Positions 55,007-64,000 of a stretch of DNA of 64,000 nt are shown in pieces; the stretch's first letter is position 1; each line of letters opens with the position of its first letter. The notes under the pieces are model-generated. The model saw only the letters and a list, made by a program, of their open reading frames with translations, made no database searches and was not told the origin of the DNA. The DNA comes from Naegleria gruberi (lineage: Eukaryota), in NCBI GenBank assembly GCA_000004985.1, contig GG738906.1. The stretch is one strand, 5' to 3'. A program made the translations under genes and the position numbers.

Positions 55007-56869
55007 ATGTCTTTAGAGCCAAGACCAATCCTCGCAAAAGAGGTTGATTATATGAAGAAAGTTGCTAGTGTTGTTGGGGCTGTGGACAGATCATTAAGTA
55101 AAGCAGGTAATTCGAGTTCAACGACGCTTACTGGAGTAAGGAAGGAATTACATAAACACTTTGATGAGGAAGAACGGAATATAGCCGAACGACAAATGAA
55201 ATCGGCTCAAATCAGTAGAAGATTAAAACAAAGAGAAGCTATTGAAAATGCTTTGGAAAAGAAAGTAGTTAGGCCACAAACTAGTACCTCAAGTTTCAAG
55301 ACTATTGAAAGAGATAATGCTCCGATATATAAGGGAGACAAACATAATCAAACAACACCTGGTCAATATGATGTCAATTATTCTCTAGTTGACAGGAAGG
55401 ATTTTACTTTGAAATGGGTCCCTCCTAAAGTTGAAACAGACATAATAGACGAAAATTACAAATACTATCTGGAAGGAGAGAAACTGTCAACGAATGATGG
55501 AAAGGGAACTACAAATGGTTTCTTATCAAAAACTGGAAGAACCGAAAATAAGGTCAATTTCAAATATGAAAACGAATTTTTAGATACATTGGATAAATAC
55601 AACAAGTTTAAATTTAAGGAAGACAGATCTACAATAGTGTTGGAGAAAGGAGTTGATAGAAACAAAGCCTTAGAACTCTACAAGAACAAGAATGAAGCTC
55701 AAACAGTAGATCTACTATATGAAGTGGTGAATCCAGACACTTACAAACCAAAATTGGCAAATGGAATATTACCATTTGATAGTTATAGCGACAGAAAAAC
55801 AGCTAGAAAGGGATCTAAAATAGGTACAGCTCTCATCCAAACTGACATAGAAAATAATACACAATCCAAGCTTCCAAATTGGAGTGTTCTCCAACATTCA
55901 GAACCAAACGCAATTCAACAATTGTCAATATCAAAAGGCACAGAAAAGCCAATGTATGAGAGAGTGGTGGCATTGGATAAGCAAACAGGAAGAGACAATA
56001 TGCCTGAGTACAAGAAAATGTTGTGGACTCCAATAGCCTACTATAACAAACTCAATGCCTCAGAATACCAAAAGAAACGAGATGCAGAGCAAGAGGTGGA
56101 GAGGTTTAAAAAAGACAAGAAGAATGGAGGAGAGTCACTGAGCCTCAATAGTGAAATGCATGCCTATTCAAAAACACATCACAATATTCCATTCACAACC
56201 TATATGGATAAACAATTATCGAGACCTAAATTTATTGTGAAACCTCAACCATGGAATGATCTCGATTTTTATGATACTAATCAAATCGAAACTTCAAAGA
56301 ATGAGAGAATTAAGAATATTTCGTGTATGCCTCGAAAGAGAAAAGGTGAAGCACAAGAGGAAGCGATTAAAATGGATGACTCCTATAAATTTTATCAAGT
56401 AGATCCAAGGTGGGGAAAACCAACACACGGTTTCGAAAAGGATACTGGTAGAGACAACTGTAAAGCACCAATCATTATGCGTTATACTAAGGAATCAACG
56501 GATGTTTTCTATGATGCTAATCGAAGTCAAGTTGAGGATAGAATTAAGGGTGATCCACAAATTAAGAATCAATTACCAAGAGACCAGAATAGGTCTAAAC
56601 TATTCAAAGCTCAGCATAATTTTCAAATGGAACCAAATCAAAACTATGAAACTGCAAGACCTGGATACAACTTGAAGAAGGGTTTTGTTGAATATAATAG
56701 ATCAAATACCAGCCGAACCGTCACTTCAAGAATAGCTGTAAATAGACCACCCAACCATTTGGCAGATGACGGAAAGAATGAGTATCCTACAGTGGGTACC
56801 TATGAACCAACATTCTCAGTAACAGAAAAAGTTCCAGTAGCTTTCTCATTCTCAAAGAGTGGAATGTAA
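55007..56869 (+). CDS. Repeat protein with P-G-x-Y type motifs, STPG/ODF3(SHIPPO)-like axonemal/sperm-tail candidate; single exon
   Basis: Motifs TPGQYDVN, GTYEPTFSV, RPGYNLKKG. Internal duplications (LDKQTGRDNMPEYKKM / FEKDTGRDNCKAPIIM). Weak family assignment. Confidence 0.35.
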   Translation: MSLEPRPILAKEVDYMKKVASVVGAVDRSLSKAGNSSSTTLTGVRKELHKHFDEEERNIAERQMKSAQISRRLKQREAIENALEKKVVRPQTSTSSFKTIERDNAPIYKGDKHNQTTPGQYDVNYSLVDRKDFTLKWVPPKVETDIIDENYKYYLEGEKLSTNDGKGTTNGFLSKTGRTENKVNFKYENEFLDTLDKYNKFKFKEDRSTIVLEKGVDRNKALELYKNKNEAQTVDLLYEVVNPDTYKPKLANGILPFDSYSDRKTARKGSKIGTALIQTDIENNTQSKLPNWSVLQHSEPNAIQQLSISKGTEKPMYERVVALDKQTGRDNMPEYKKMLWTPIAYYNKLNASEYQKKRDAEQEVERFKKDKKNGGESLSLNSEMHAYSKTHHNIPFTTYMDKQLSRPKFIVKPQPWNDLDFYDTNQIETSKNERIKNISCMPRKRKGEAQEEAIKMDDSYKFYQVDPRWGKPTHGFEKDTGRDNCKAPIIMRYTKESTDVFYDANRSQVEDRIKGDPQIKNQLPRDQNRSKLFKAQHNFQMEPNQNYETARPGYNLKKGFVEYNRSNTSRTVTSRIAVNRPPNHLADDGKNEYPTVGTYEPTFSVTEKVPVAFSFSKSGM

Positions 56870-56992
56870 GAAGTGAATTTAGTTTTCGAGTTTTTGTGTA
56901 AATATGTGACATTTACTTTTGAAACATAACAATTCAATCAATAAAATTTTGATAGAATTGAAAATAAATTCTTTTAATTTTATAATTAAAAA

Positions 56993-58438
56993 ATGAGACC
57001 AAAAAGCTATAATCCTCTCGATCCTATCATTCAAACACAACCTGATGCCGGAAGAGAAAATCTTCAATTGAAGGAAATTTTTGTTCGTGGAGTGGAAGCA
57101 ACAAGCGAATCTAAAATTACAGCTGCTTTCCAAGAAGCTAAAAAAGCTACAACTTTGAACGAATTGAACGAAGCTATTAGTATTGGTCTTGAACGTGTTG
57201 GAAAATTGGATGTTTTAAATAATGTTAATGTGATCCTTGATGCTGATGATAGTAAAAATGTTGCTCTTGTTTTGGACTGTAAGGAAAAACAATCAACTCG
57301 TCTTTCTGCTGGTACAACTGTTAATGACAAGGGTCAAGTTAAAGGAGAAATCTCCTTCGGATATAGAAATCTTTTAGGACAAGCTGATAGATGGGATGTT
57401 GATGCTAATATTGATAAGACTGGTTTGACACTTGTAGGACGTACTTTCCTTCCACAAAGCTTTAATAATGATGGTGCTCTCTATGTTAGTGGATTTTTAA
57501 ATGGAGGTAGAGTTTTAACAAATCTCTTACAAGAAAAGTCAAATGGTGTTTCTGTCAGAGCTGAAATTAATGATAGACATTCAATTTCCTATGATTTTGA
57601 AATGAGAAGAAATGAAGATGTTGGTTCCATGTTTAAGAAGGCCTCATCTTCTGGATCTTTCTCTAGATTCTTCTCTAGATTCTATAATGCCAAGACTCAA
57701 GATTCTGAGCCAGTTCTTGATAAGGATGATTCTGTTGTAAAGAGTCAAGTTTGGACTGAAGTTAAGGAACAAAGTGTTAAATCTTCCTTGTCTCATACTT
57801 ATCGTTTTGATACTAGAAACAGCTCATTTGCTCCATCTAGTGGCGCATTTTTCAAATTAGTTCATAGATTAGCAGGATTGGGAGGTGATGTCAAACACTA
57901 CTCTGTTGATATGAATGGTGAAGTGTTTGTTCCTCTCATTTCAGATTCTTTAGTTGCTGCTTTAAAGCTTAATGTTGGTACAATTATACCATTGGACAGA
58001 CAAAATGATACATTCATTTCATTGAATGATAGATTTATCGAAAAGGTACGTGGTTTCCCAGCTGTGGGTACTGTTCATCCACGTTCTGAAGAAGTTTATG
58101 GAGGTAATATTAAGGCTGTAGCCACTGGTAGACTTGTATTCCCATTCCCAGTGTCGTTCATTCATCAATTACTTGGATTACACTGTCAAGCATTTTGTGA
58201 CATTGGCAATGTTTCAAATATTAATGATTACAGTGAAAATGGAGTTCAACAATTTAGAGAAAAATTCTGTAAGGGACTTCATACCAGTTATGGCTTTGGT
58301 CTTGCCATGATGTTAAGCTTTGGTAGAATTGAATTTAATTTTGCTAAGCCATCAACCTTATTCAATGATCAAACAAATCTTCCACCAACTCTTAATAGTT
58401 TCAAACAATTTTCAATTCACTACGTATTTAATGAATAA
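56993..58438 (+). CDS. SAMM50: SAM50 (SAMM50/Tob55), mitochondrial outer-membrane beta-barrel sorting and assembly protein; single exon
   Basis: LKSSLSHTYRFDTRNSSFAPSSGAFFKLVHRLAGLGGDVKHYSVDMNGEV matches human SAMM50 ([49 protein letters not shown]). POTRA-like N-terminus. Terminal ..HYVFNE beta-signal-like end. Confidence 0.8.
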   Translation: MRPKSYNPLDPIIQTQPDAGRENLQLKEIFVRGVEATSESKITAAFQEAKKATTLNELNEAISIGLERVGKLDVLNNVNVILDADDSKNVALVLDCKEKQSTRLSAGTTVNDKGQVKGEISFGYRNLLGQADRWDVDANIDKTGLTLVGRTFLPQSFNNDGALYVSGFLNGGRVLTNLLQEKSNGVSVRAEINDRHSISYDFEMRRNEDVGSMFKKASSSGSFSRFFSRFYNAKTQDSEPVLDKDDSVVKSQVWTEVKEQSVKSSLSHTYRFDTRNSSFAPSSGAFFKLVHRLAGLGGDVKHYSVDMNGEVFVPLISDSLVAALKLNVGTIIPLDRQNDTFISLNDRFIEKVRGFPAVGTVHPRSEEVYGGNIKAVATGRLVFPFPVSFIHQLLGLHCQAFCDIGNVSNINDYSENGVQQFREKFCKGLHTSYGFGLAMMLSFGRIEFNFAKPSTLFNDQTNLPPTLNSFKQFSIHYVFNE

Positions 58439-58512
58439 TTTTAAAAAAGTAAATGGTTATATTTATTATTGTAAATTTATTCTCTCTATTTTGTTACAAT
58501 ATTTTAAAAAAA

Positions 58513-59728
58513 ATGAAAAGATTTATCATCAAGTTGGGAAAAGAAGGAAATGCATCAACCAAATCCGAAGGAATTTATCTATCACACATTTCCGATTTAC
58601 ACACCTGGCAACCTGAAAAGTTTGAATATCCTATCACAATAGCAAATCTAATGAAAAACAACAAATTAAAAGATTTAAAACAAATTCAAGGATTTTTAAA
58701 TGTAAAATACAATAGAGGGCCAAATTTGTATCAAGTACAGGTGTTACAAGAAACATTGCAAAAGATTTCAACATCAATCGTCACTCAACAAAATCATCAC
58801 TTGCTTGTCAGTGGGGACATTACAAACATTTCTCATTTGGAGGAATTCAAACTGGCAAAAGAAATACTTGTGGACAAATTTAAACAATTAATTGAATTAG
58901 AAAATGAAGAGGATTTATTTAAATATTGTACTCTAGTACCAGGTAAATTATCAAATATTTATAATTTAAAAGCATAATTCAGGAAATCATGATACATACA
59001 CACCATCCAGTGTTTCAGATAATTATTTTGGAAATTTCTTCAAAAATACATTGGGTCAACATTACTATCCCGAGCTATTAGAGAATAATTACTTTTTAAA
59101 ATCAAAAAATTCACAACTCACACAAGAAATGTCAAATCGATTCGTTTCCTCTCTTTATGATTTATTTCCTAATGTAAAGCTTTTACATAACACAGATGGA
59201 ACTAAGGTTTTAATAATTTCCTTATTGTCATGTGTACCAACCAAACCATTTGTTGCAGCTGGAAATATTAAAGAACAAGCACTTGTGAATGCCTCAATTT
59301 TAATCGAGAATATGAAACAGACAATGAAAGAGGAAGGTATTGATGCAGATGCACTCTTCAAGGTTGTACTCATGCATCATCCACCAATTGAACGAGCCAA
59401 AAATTCATTTAGAGAGAAACTGGATGGTCTAGATACGGCATCCAAAAAGAGAGTTCAAGATTTTTGCGAGAGGGAACGAATCGATTTGCTACTTCATGGA
59501 CATACTCATATTCCATTCAGAGGGACCATAGGAGATTCCTATAAGACACTCATAGTTGATAATGGATCTTCCACATATGTCAACATGGAAAAGCCAAACA
59601 AAATGGCCAGATTTAATACCTATCATATTAAGGGTACTCGTCTTCAAACAATAGAACAACATGTTTGGGATCCAATTTCTCAATCATTTAATGAAAGTAC
59701 AATCCTAAATACCTCCTCCGTCAATTAA
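58513..59728 (+). CDS. Calcineurin-like metallophosphoesterase (MPP superfamily); 2 exons (~58513..58942, ~58983..59728)
   Basis: MPP motifs ISDLH (GDxH-like), VSGDITN (GDxxD-like), VPG|NHD (GNHD/E split by a 40-nt intron), VLMHHPP, LLHGHTHIP (GHxH). Confidence 0.65.
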
Positions 59729-61232
59729 ATCAATTTGGCCAGTGCTCTCGAATAAAACTCTGAAACATTCTTCATCATTATCAACGCCAGCAGTAATTTC
59801 TTCTGTATAGGTTTCTTGCTTAGTTTGTTGAGTGGTAGTGGCCTTTTTCTTTTTTCTGAGCTTGTTGAAAGTAGGTTTTGTCTGTTCTTCATCATCACTT
59901 GAATCTATGCCAATTAATTTAAGTTTAGATCTCAAATATTTGAGTTCTTGTTCCAATCTCTTCTCTCTAATGTAAAGAGCACGAATAGCTTGAGCATCAA
60001 TATCATCATATTGATAGACTGTAGAGGAGTTGTTACCTTGCTGTTGTGGTTTTTTAGATAAAGAATTTAAAGCCATTGTAATAATAGAGGAAGGAGAAAG
60101 AACAGACTCATCATTAACACTTTCTGAATTAGGTGGCACAGTTGTATCAACCACCAATTTTTTAGGTTTTTCAGATGATTGGTTATTATTAACAAGTTTC
60201 ACAATATTGTTGTCAATTAGTTTTGTGCCATTATCAGCAATAGCTTCAGAGGAGGCTCCAGTGTTGGTATCAGCATAACCTGCAGTTGAACTCTTCTTAT
60301 CCTTGATGCATCTTGCAGGAATACCAACAAGGGTGCAATCACTTGGGGCATCCTTAACAACTACTGAGCCAGCTCCAATTTTAACATTTGATCCAATAAT
60401 TATATTTCCCAACACTTTTGATCCAGCTCCAACAAGTACATTATCCCCAAGAGTAGGGTGTCGTTTGCCAGTTTCCTTACCAGTACCTCCAAGTGTCACT
60501 AAATACAGAATATTATAGAAATCATGATGAATATCACATACCTCCTTGATAGAGAGTACAATAATTTCCAAGAATTGCTGTTTCTCCAATTACAACTCCA
60601 CAACCATGATCAATGAAAAATCCCTTACCAATTCTTGCACCTGGATGAATTTCAATACCAGTCCAAGATCTTGAAATAATACACATCAATTTGGCTACAA
60701 ATCTAAGAATTTTACAAGCCAAAAGCAGAAAATTACTATTCGAATTTTGAGGGTCAATAATATAGTAGAGTAAATGAGCTATTCTATAAGTGAGTATTGC
60801 CCATAATCCAGGATAGAGTATTAATTCAAGATAATTATCAAATGCAGGATCATTATCAATAATCACAGAAACGTCAGATTTGAGTTGAGACCATATAGGT
60901 TCGGAACAAACACAAACTGATTCAGTATGTTCCTCAATGGTATGTGGTTTTTGTTTTGTTGTACTGAGCTTTGAAAGAGAGTGTAACAATTGTTCTCCTT
61001 CCAAAGCTATAACTGATGGTTTTTCAGTAGGTTGATTAACAATGGGATGACTATTCTTTGAAAACGATTCGTCTTCGGAAGAATTTCCAACAGATCCCAA
61101 CACAACTAAATCAGCATATGAAGCTTTTATCTTGTTTAAAGGAGAAGAAGATGATGAACCCGAATGATGATGGAGATGCTTGGAAGAGGAGTTATCATCA
61201 GGAACAACAACTTTGTTTAGAGTGGTGCTCAT
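59705..61232 (-). CDS. cysE: Serine O-acetyltransferase (CysE-type, left-handed beta-helix hexapeptide acyltransferase) with long N- and C-terminal extensions; 2 exons (~61232..60542, ~60498..59705)
   Basis: IHPGARIGKGFFIDHGCGVVIGETAILGNYCTLYQG|VTLGGTGKETGKRHPTLGDNVLVGAGSKVLGNIIIGSNVKIGAGSVVVKDAPSDCTLVGIPAR is near-colinear with bacterial/plant SAT (..YQGVTLGGTGK..DRHPKI..GV.IGAGAKILGNI.VG..AKIGAGSVVL..VP...T..G.PAR). Split by a 43-nt GTATGT..TATTTAG intron. SATase N-domain-like ..GLWAILTYRIAHLLYY. 3' end overlaps the convergent MPP gene CDS by ~24 nt. Confidence 0.75.
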
Positions 61233-61762
61233 TGTGAGGTCTTTTTTTTGATTTTAGTGATGGATGCATTAACTCAAAAGGCTATGAATAAACACTTCAT
61301 TTCCATGGAACTTGAGAAGTGATTTTTCATTCCAGATTTTTTAATTTCCGTAAATCAAAACACAAATTTGCATTACAAAAAGCTTTAAAACTGATAATTT
61401 GACTCTAATTCAAAATGGGAATGGGACCAATGTAAGGCAGCATCTATTAGTTTTTCCCAACTCTATTGAGAGAATGCTTGAAATACTATTCTTCAATTCT
61501 TCCCAAAGATGACTACTGATGAGAAGAAAATTTACAATATGGTGCTTTTTAATAATTTCAAAGAACCATTGAGTTGCTAGAATAAGGCTTTTTCTGATTT
61601 ATTAATAAATTCGAGATAAAAAGTTATTGTACATTTTCAAGCGCCAACCATAACGATAAAAAATACCTCGATCCATCATCACTAAGGTTGTTTGAGAAAA
61701 GTTTAGCGCGCTATCAGACAACAGAAACTATTTCATACTACAAATATATATTTTCTAGGACA

Positions 61763-62518
61763 ATGGGATCAGGATTATCAAATAACCGAGCTAAAAACTC
61801 AACAGATGAACCTAAAAATCCACCAAAGAAATCATCCACTGATACAAAAGATACTAAAGCTGTAGAACAAGCAGACCAAGTTAAACGATCATCAACAGAA
61901 CCGACTAAGAATGAAACAAAACCGGAAAAGAAACCAGAAAAAAAGAAAGCATACGTTCCAGAATTTGTTTTCCACTCCGATAAGGGTAAGATTATTTTGA
62001 ACAATTCTTTTTACTAACAGTTGTATTAGATCTTTTATATGGTGATGTAGCTCTTCCATGGCAGGAATCTTACGCACTTGGATTTCATATAATAGACGAA
62101 CAACATAAAATGCTTGTAAAATTGATTAATGAACTTGCTGAGGCAGTTAGAGATGGGCATATGAGATATGAAATTGGGAGTGTGTTTGACAACTTGGTTG
62201 AGTACACTGACTTCCACTTTAAGAAGGAAGAAGAATTGATGGTAAAATATCAATACACAGAAGATGAAGAAGCTGCTCACAAGGAAAAGCATGAACTTTT
62301 TATTAAAAAAGTCTTTGACCTTAGAACAGATTTCATTAACATGACAGTGAACAATATTGGCCAAGGTATGTATTCTTGAATCAAATATTTATGGAGCAAT
62401 TTAATTCCACTTGTTAGATCTTCTTGATTTCTTAACAGATTGGTTATTGACACACATTTGTCAAACTGACAAGAAGTTATGCGATTTCCTTATTAAAAGG
62501 AATATTGTTGAAGAGTAA
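61763..62518 (+). CDS. Hemerythrin-like (HHE cation-binding) protein with N-terminal MGxxxS myristoylation consensus and Lys/Thr/Pro-rich linker; 3 exons (~61763..61985, ~62030..62365, ~62418..62518)
   Basis: Exon 1 begins MGSGLSNNRAK (Gly2, Ser6). Exons 2-3 encode DLLYGDVALPWQESYALGFHIIDEQHKMLVKLINELAEAVRDGH...LVEYTDFHFKKEEELMVKYQYTEDEEAAHKEKHELFIKKV....DLLDFLTDWLLTHICQTDKKLCDFL, the hemerythrin H..H, H...E, H...H, ..DWL.NHI pattern. Intron 1 contains TACTAAC. Confidence 0.7.
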
Positions 62519-62669
62519 ATTGATAATAATATTATGTAAATAAACATTACTATTTCATTTAAATTTTTAAATGAAATTAATTTTTCAGATGTGGTTTGCC
62601 ATACTCTGTCACAGACGGGCCATGATTCTTTGTGTGCTTCATATCGATTAATAGTTATTAGAAAAAAAA

Positions 62670-63747
62670 TGTCTGCAAGTACTCTTATGGAAAGTAGCTT
62701 CTTCAGCTCTGCAAAGTATCCCATGAAACCATATTCAAACGATACCATTACCCAAATTTTCGGATCAGTTGCCTTTCATACAGTTCTTTTCTTTGTATTC
62801 TATGCGTTATCTAGTGTAATCTTTTCAACATTTAAAACACTTGATTTTTCCAAAAAGATGGATTGGGTTTCTAGATTGGTCTCCAATTTTCATGCCATTG
62901 TATCATTTTGTGGTGCTTTGTATGCCATTCTTACCTATCCATGTTATTTGACTTGGAATTTTTCTTGTTATGATAATGGAATTGGAGAACTCACAATGAG
63001 ATACACTATTGGTTATTTCTGTAGGTATTTCATATTATTATTGTTCATCATCGGGATTCAATCTGATTGAATGTATTTTTAAATAATTATTATTTAAACA
63101 ATGAATTATTTAACAATGATAGGTTATGATCTATTATTGATTCTTGCCTTCTATAAAAAGCTTGGTAGTATTGGCATGGTGCTTCATCATGTTTTTGGAA
63201 TTCTAGGTATGTATTGTGGAATATTTATATTGGACCAACAACAATACAAGGTTGGGGTTTGATTCTTTCCTATGGTAGTTTTAGTTTTGTTGCTTTGATG
63301 TTTACTTTGACTGAAGCTACAACTCCATTCGTCAAGTAAGTTGTTAATCCCAAATTAAACATTTAATGTACATTCGAACAGTCAAAGATGGTTCTTGTAC
63401 GAATGTAAAATGAAGGAAACTTCTTTGTATGCAGCATTTGGTTTCTTACTTTGGTTGGCTTGGTCAATTGTGAGAGTTCCACTTGTACCTCTTTGCGGTT
63501 ATTACTTGTACTTGAATTATGAAGGTGAGTAGTTCTCATTCAATGATCGGGAAGTTTTTTTAATAATACGAAATTTTCCTTTCCATAAGAATTTAAACTG
63601 GTTCCTCCAGCAGTAGTTGTTGTTTGCATTTTCAATTATCTTTTGATTAGTTGTTTGAATTCCTACTGGTATTATTTAATTTCCAAAGGTTTGATTTCAG
63701 TATTGTTTGGATCAAACAAGAAAAAGGATATTAAAAAGAATGATTAA
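62670..63747 (+). CDS. TLC (TRAM/LAG1/CLN8) domain multi-pass membrane protein (TLCD/TMEM56-like); ~5 exons
   Basis: Exons encode hydrophobic helices and the TLC HH motif (GYDLLLILAFYKKLGSIGMVLHHVFGILG). GTATTT/GTATGT/GTAAGT/GTGAGT donors. Ends ..GSNKKKDIKKND. Confidence 0.5.
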
Positions 63748-63792
63748 TGATGAGGAATAAATTTTAATATAATTATTATGTACATGTATGAA

Positions 63793-64000
63793 TTAATGAT
63801 GAGCACTATGGGTACTATGGAAATACAAGAAGAGCATTCCGAGAGGGGAATCTGGATCGTCAACAGCTTGAACAAATTCGTCAAATTCTATAGTACCATT
63901 TTGATCTAGATCTGTTGAAGTAAATGTTCTACTGAGATAATCCTCCAAGGTCTTCCATCTTTGAGAGGTTAATTTGTAGCCATTCATCTTTGCTTGACCA
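63793..64000 (-). CDS. 3' part of an EF-hand calcium-binding protein gene running off the window end
   Basis: Minus-strand frame ..LTSQRWKTLEDYLSRTFTSTDLDQNGTIEFDEFVQAVDDPD contains a canonical EF-hand loop D-x-D-x-N-G-x-I-x-x-x-E. Stop near 63793. N-terminus beyond the window. Confidence 0.5.
   Translation of the reverse strand, partial: GQAKMNGYKLTSQRWKTLEDYLSRTFTSTDLDQNGTIEFDEFVQAVDDPDSPLGMLFLYFHSTHSAHH

Noticed and set aside
1-64000. Ciliate-type genetic code (TAA/TAG = Gln), suggested by AT-richness and cilium genes
   Set aside because: Long conserved single-exon genes (SRP54 exon 2, HisRS, CDC5L, CFAP61) are uninterrupted in the standard code and terminate at TAA/TAG/TGA where homologs end.
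1-64000. Prokaryotic operon / defence-island interpretation (because of the CysE-like gene and MPP phosphoesterase)
   Set aside because: Both genes contain canonical GT..AG spliceosomal introns and are embedded among unmistakably eukaryotic genes (eIF3j, SmF, SAM50, Rho). No RBS or operon organisation.
1-64000. tRNA, rRNA, CRISPR or transposon search
   Set aside because: No cloverleaf-compatible GTTCGA/TTCGAATC box-B-like segments in intergenic regions. No rDNA-like GC-rich conserved blocks, no regularly spaced direct repeats, no terminal inverted repeats or RT/transposase-like ORFs.

Overview
The window is a gene-dense, AT-rich (~68% AT) eukaryotic nuclear segment read with the standard genetic code, not a prokaryotic locus. 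I can support about 40 protein-coding genes on both strands, roughly one per 1.6 kb. Many are interrupted by very short spliceosomal introns of about 40-55 nt, occasionally about 90-300 nt. Donors are GTAAGT, GTATGT or GTAGGT; acceptors are YAG, often preceded by a TTTAAC or TACTAAC-like branch motif. Intergenic spacers are tiny: 2-130 bp is common, and several convergent pairs have stop codons only 2-40 bp apart or overlapping. Recognisable products include housekeeping genes (CDC5L, histidyl-tRNA synthetase, SRP54, eIF3j, SmF, an AMPK gamma subunit, RFT1, ZMPSTE24, CIA2, SPOUT1). Nuclear-encoded mitochondrial proteins are present (uL15m, NDUFB7, SAM50, HTD2, a PPR protein). A notable set of cilium/flagellum/centriole genes is also present (CFAP61, UNC119, FOP/CEP43, an STPG-like repeat protein, an AK-like Dpy-30/EF-hand protein, axoneme-type coiled-coil protein, a TPR-MYND protein). 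The most unusual items are five. There is an intron-containing bacterial-type serine O-acetyltransferase with long terminal extensions whose CDS overlaps the neighbouring gene by 24 nt. There is an N-myristoylatable hemerythrin-like protein. There is a CHD/SNF2-like protein with degenerate catalytic motifs (DEAH to DQAH). There is a Rho GTPase whose conserved motifs can only be rebuilt through 14-nt, 16-nt and possibly 2-nt micro-exons. And there are multiple convergent gene pairs with overlapping 3' ends. I found no rRNA, tRNA, CRISPR or clear transposon. Splice-junction coordinates are hand-derived and may be off by 1-2 nt.
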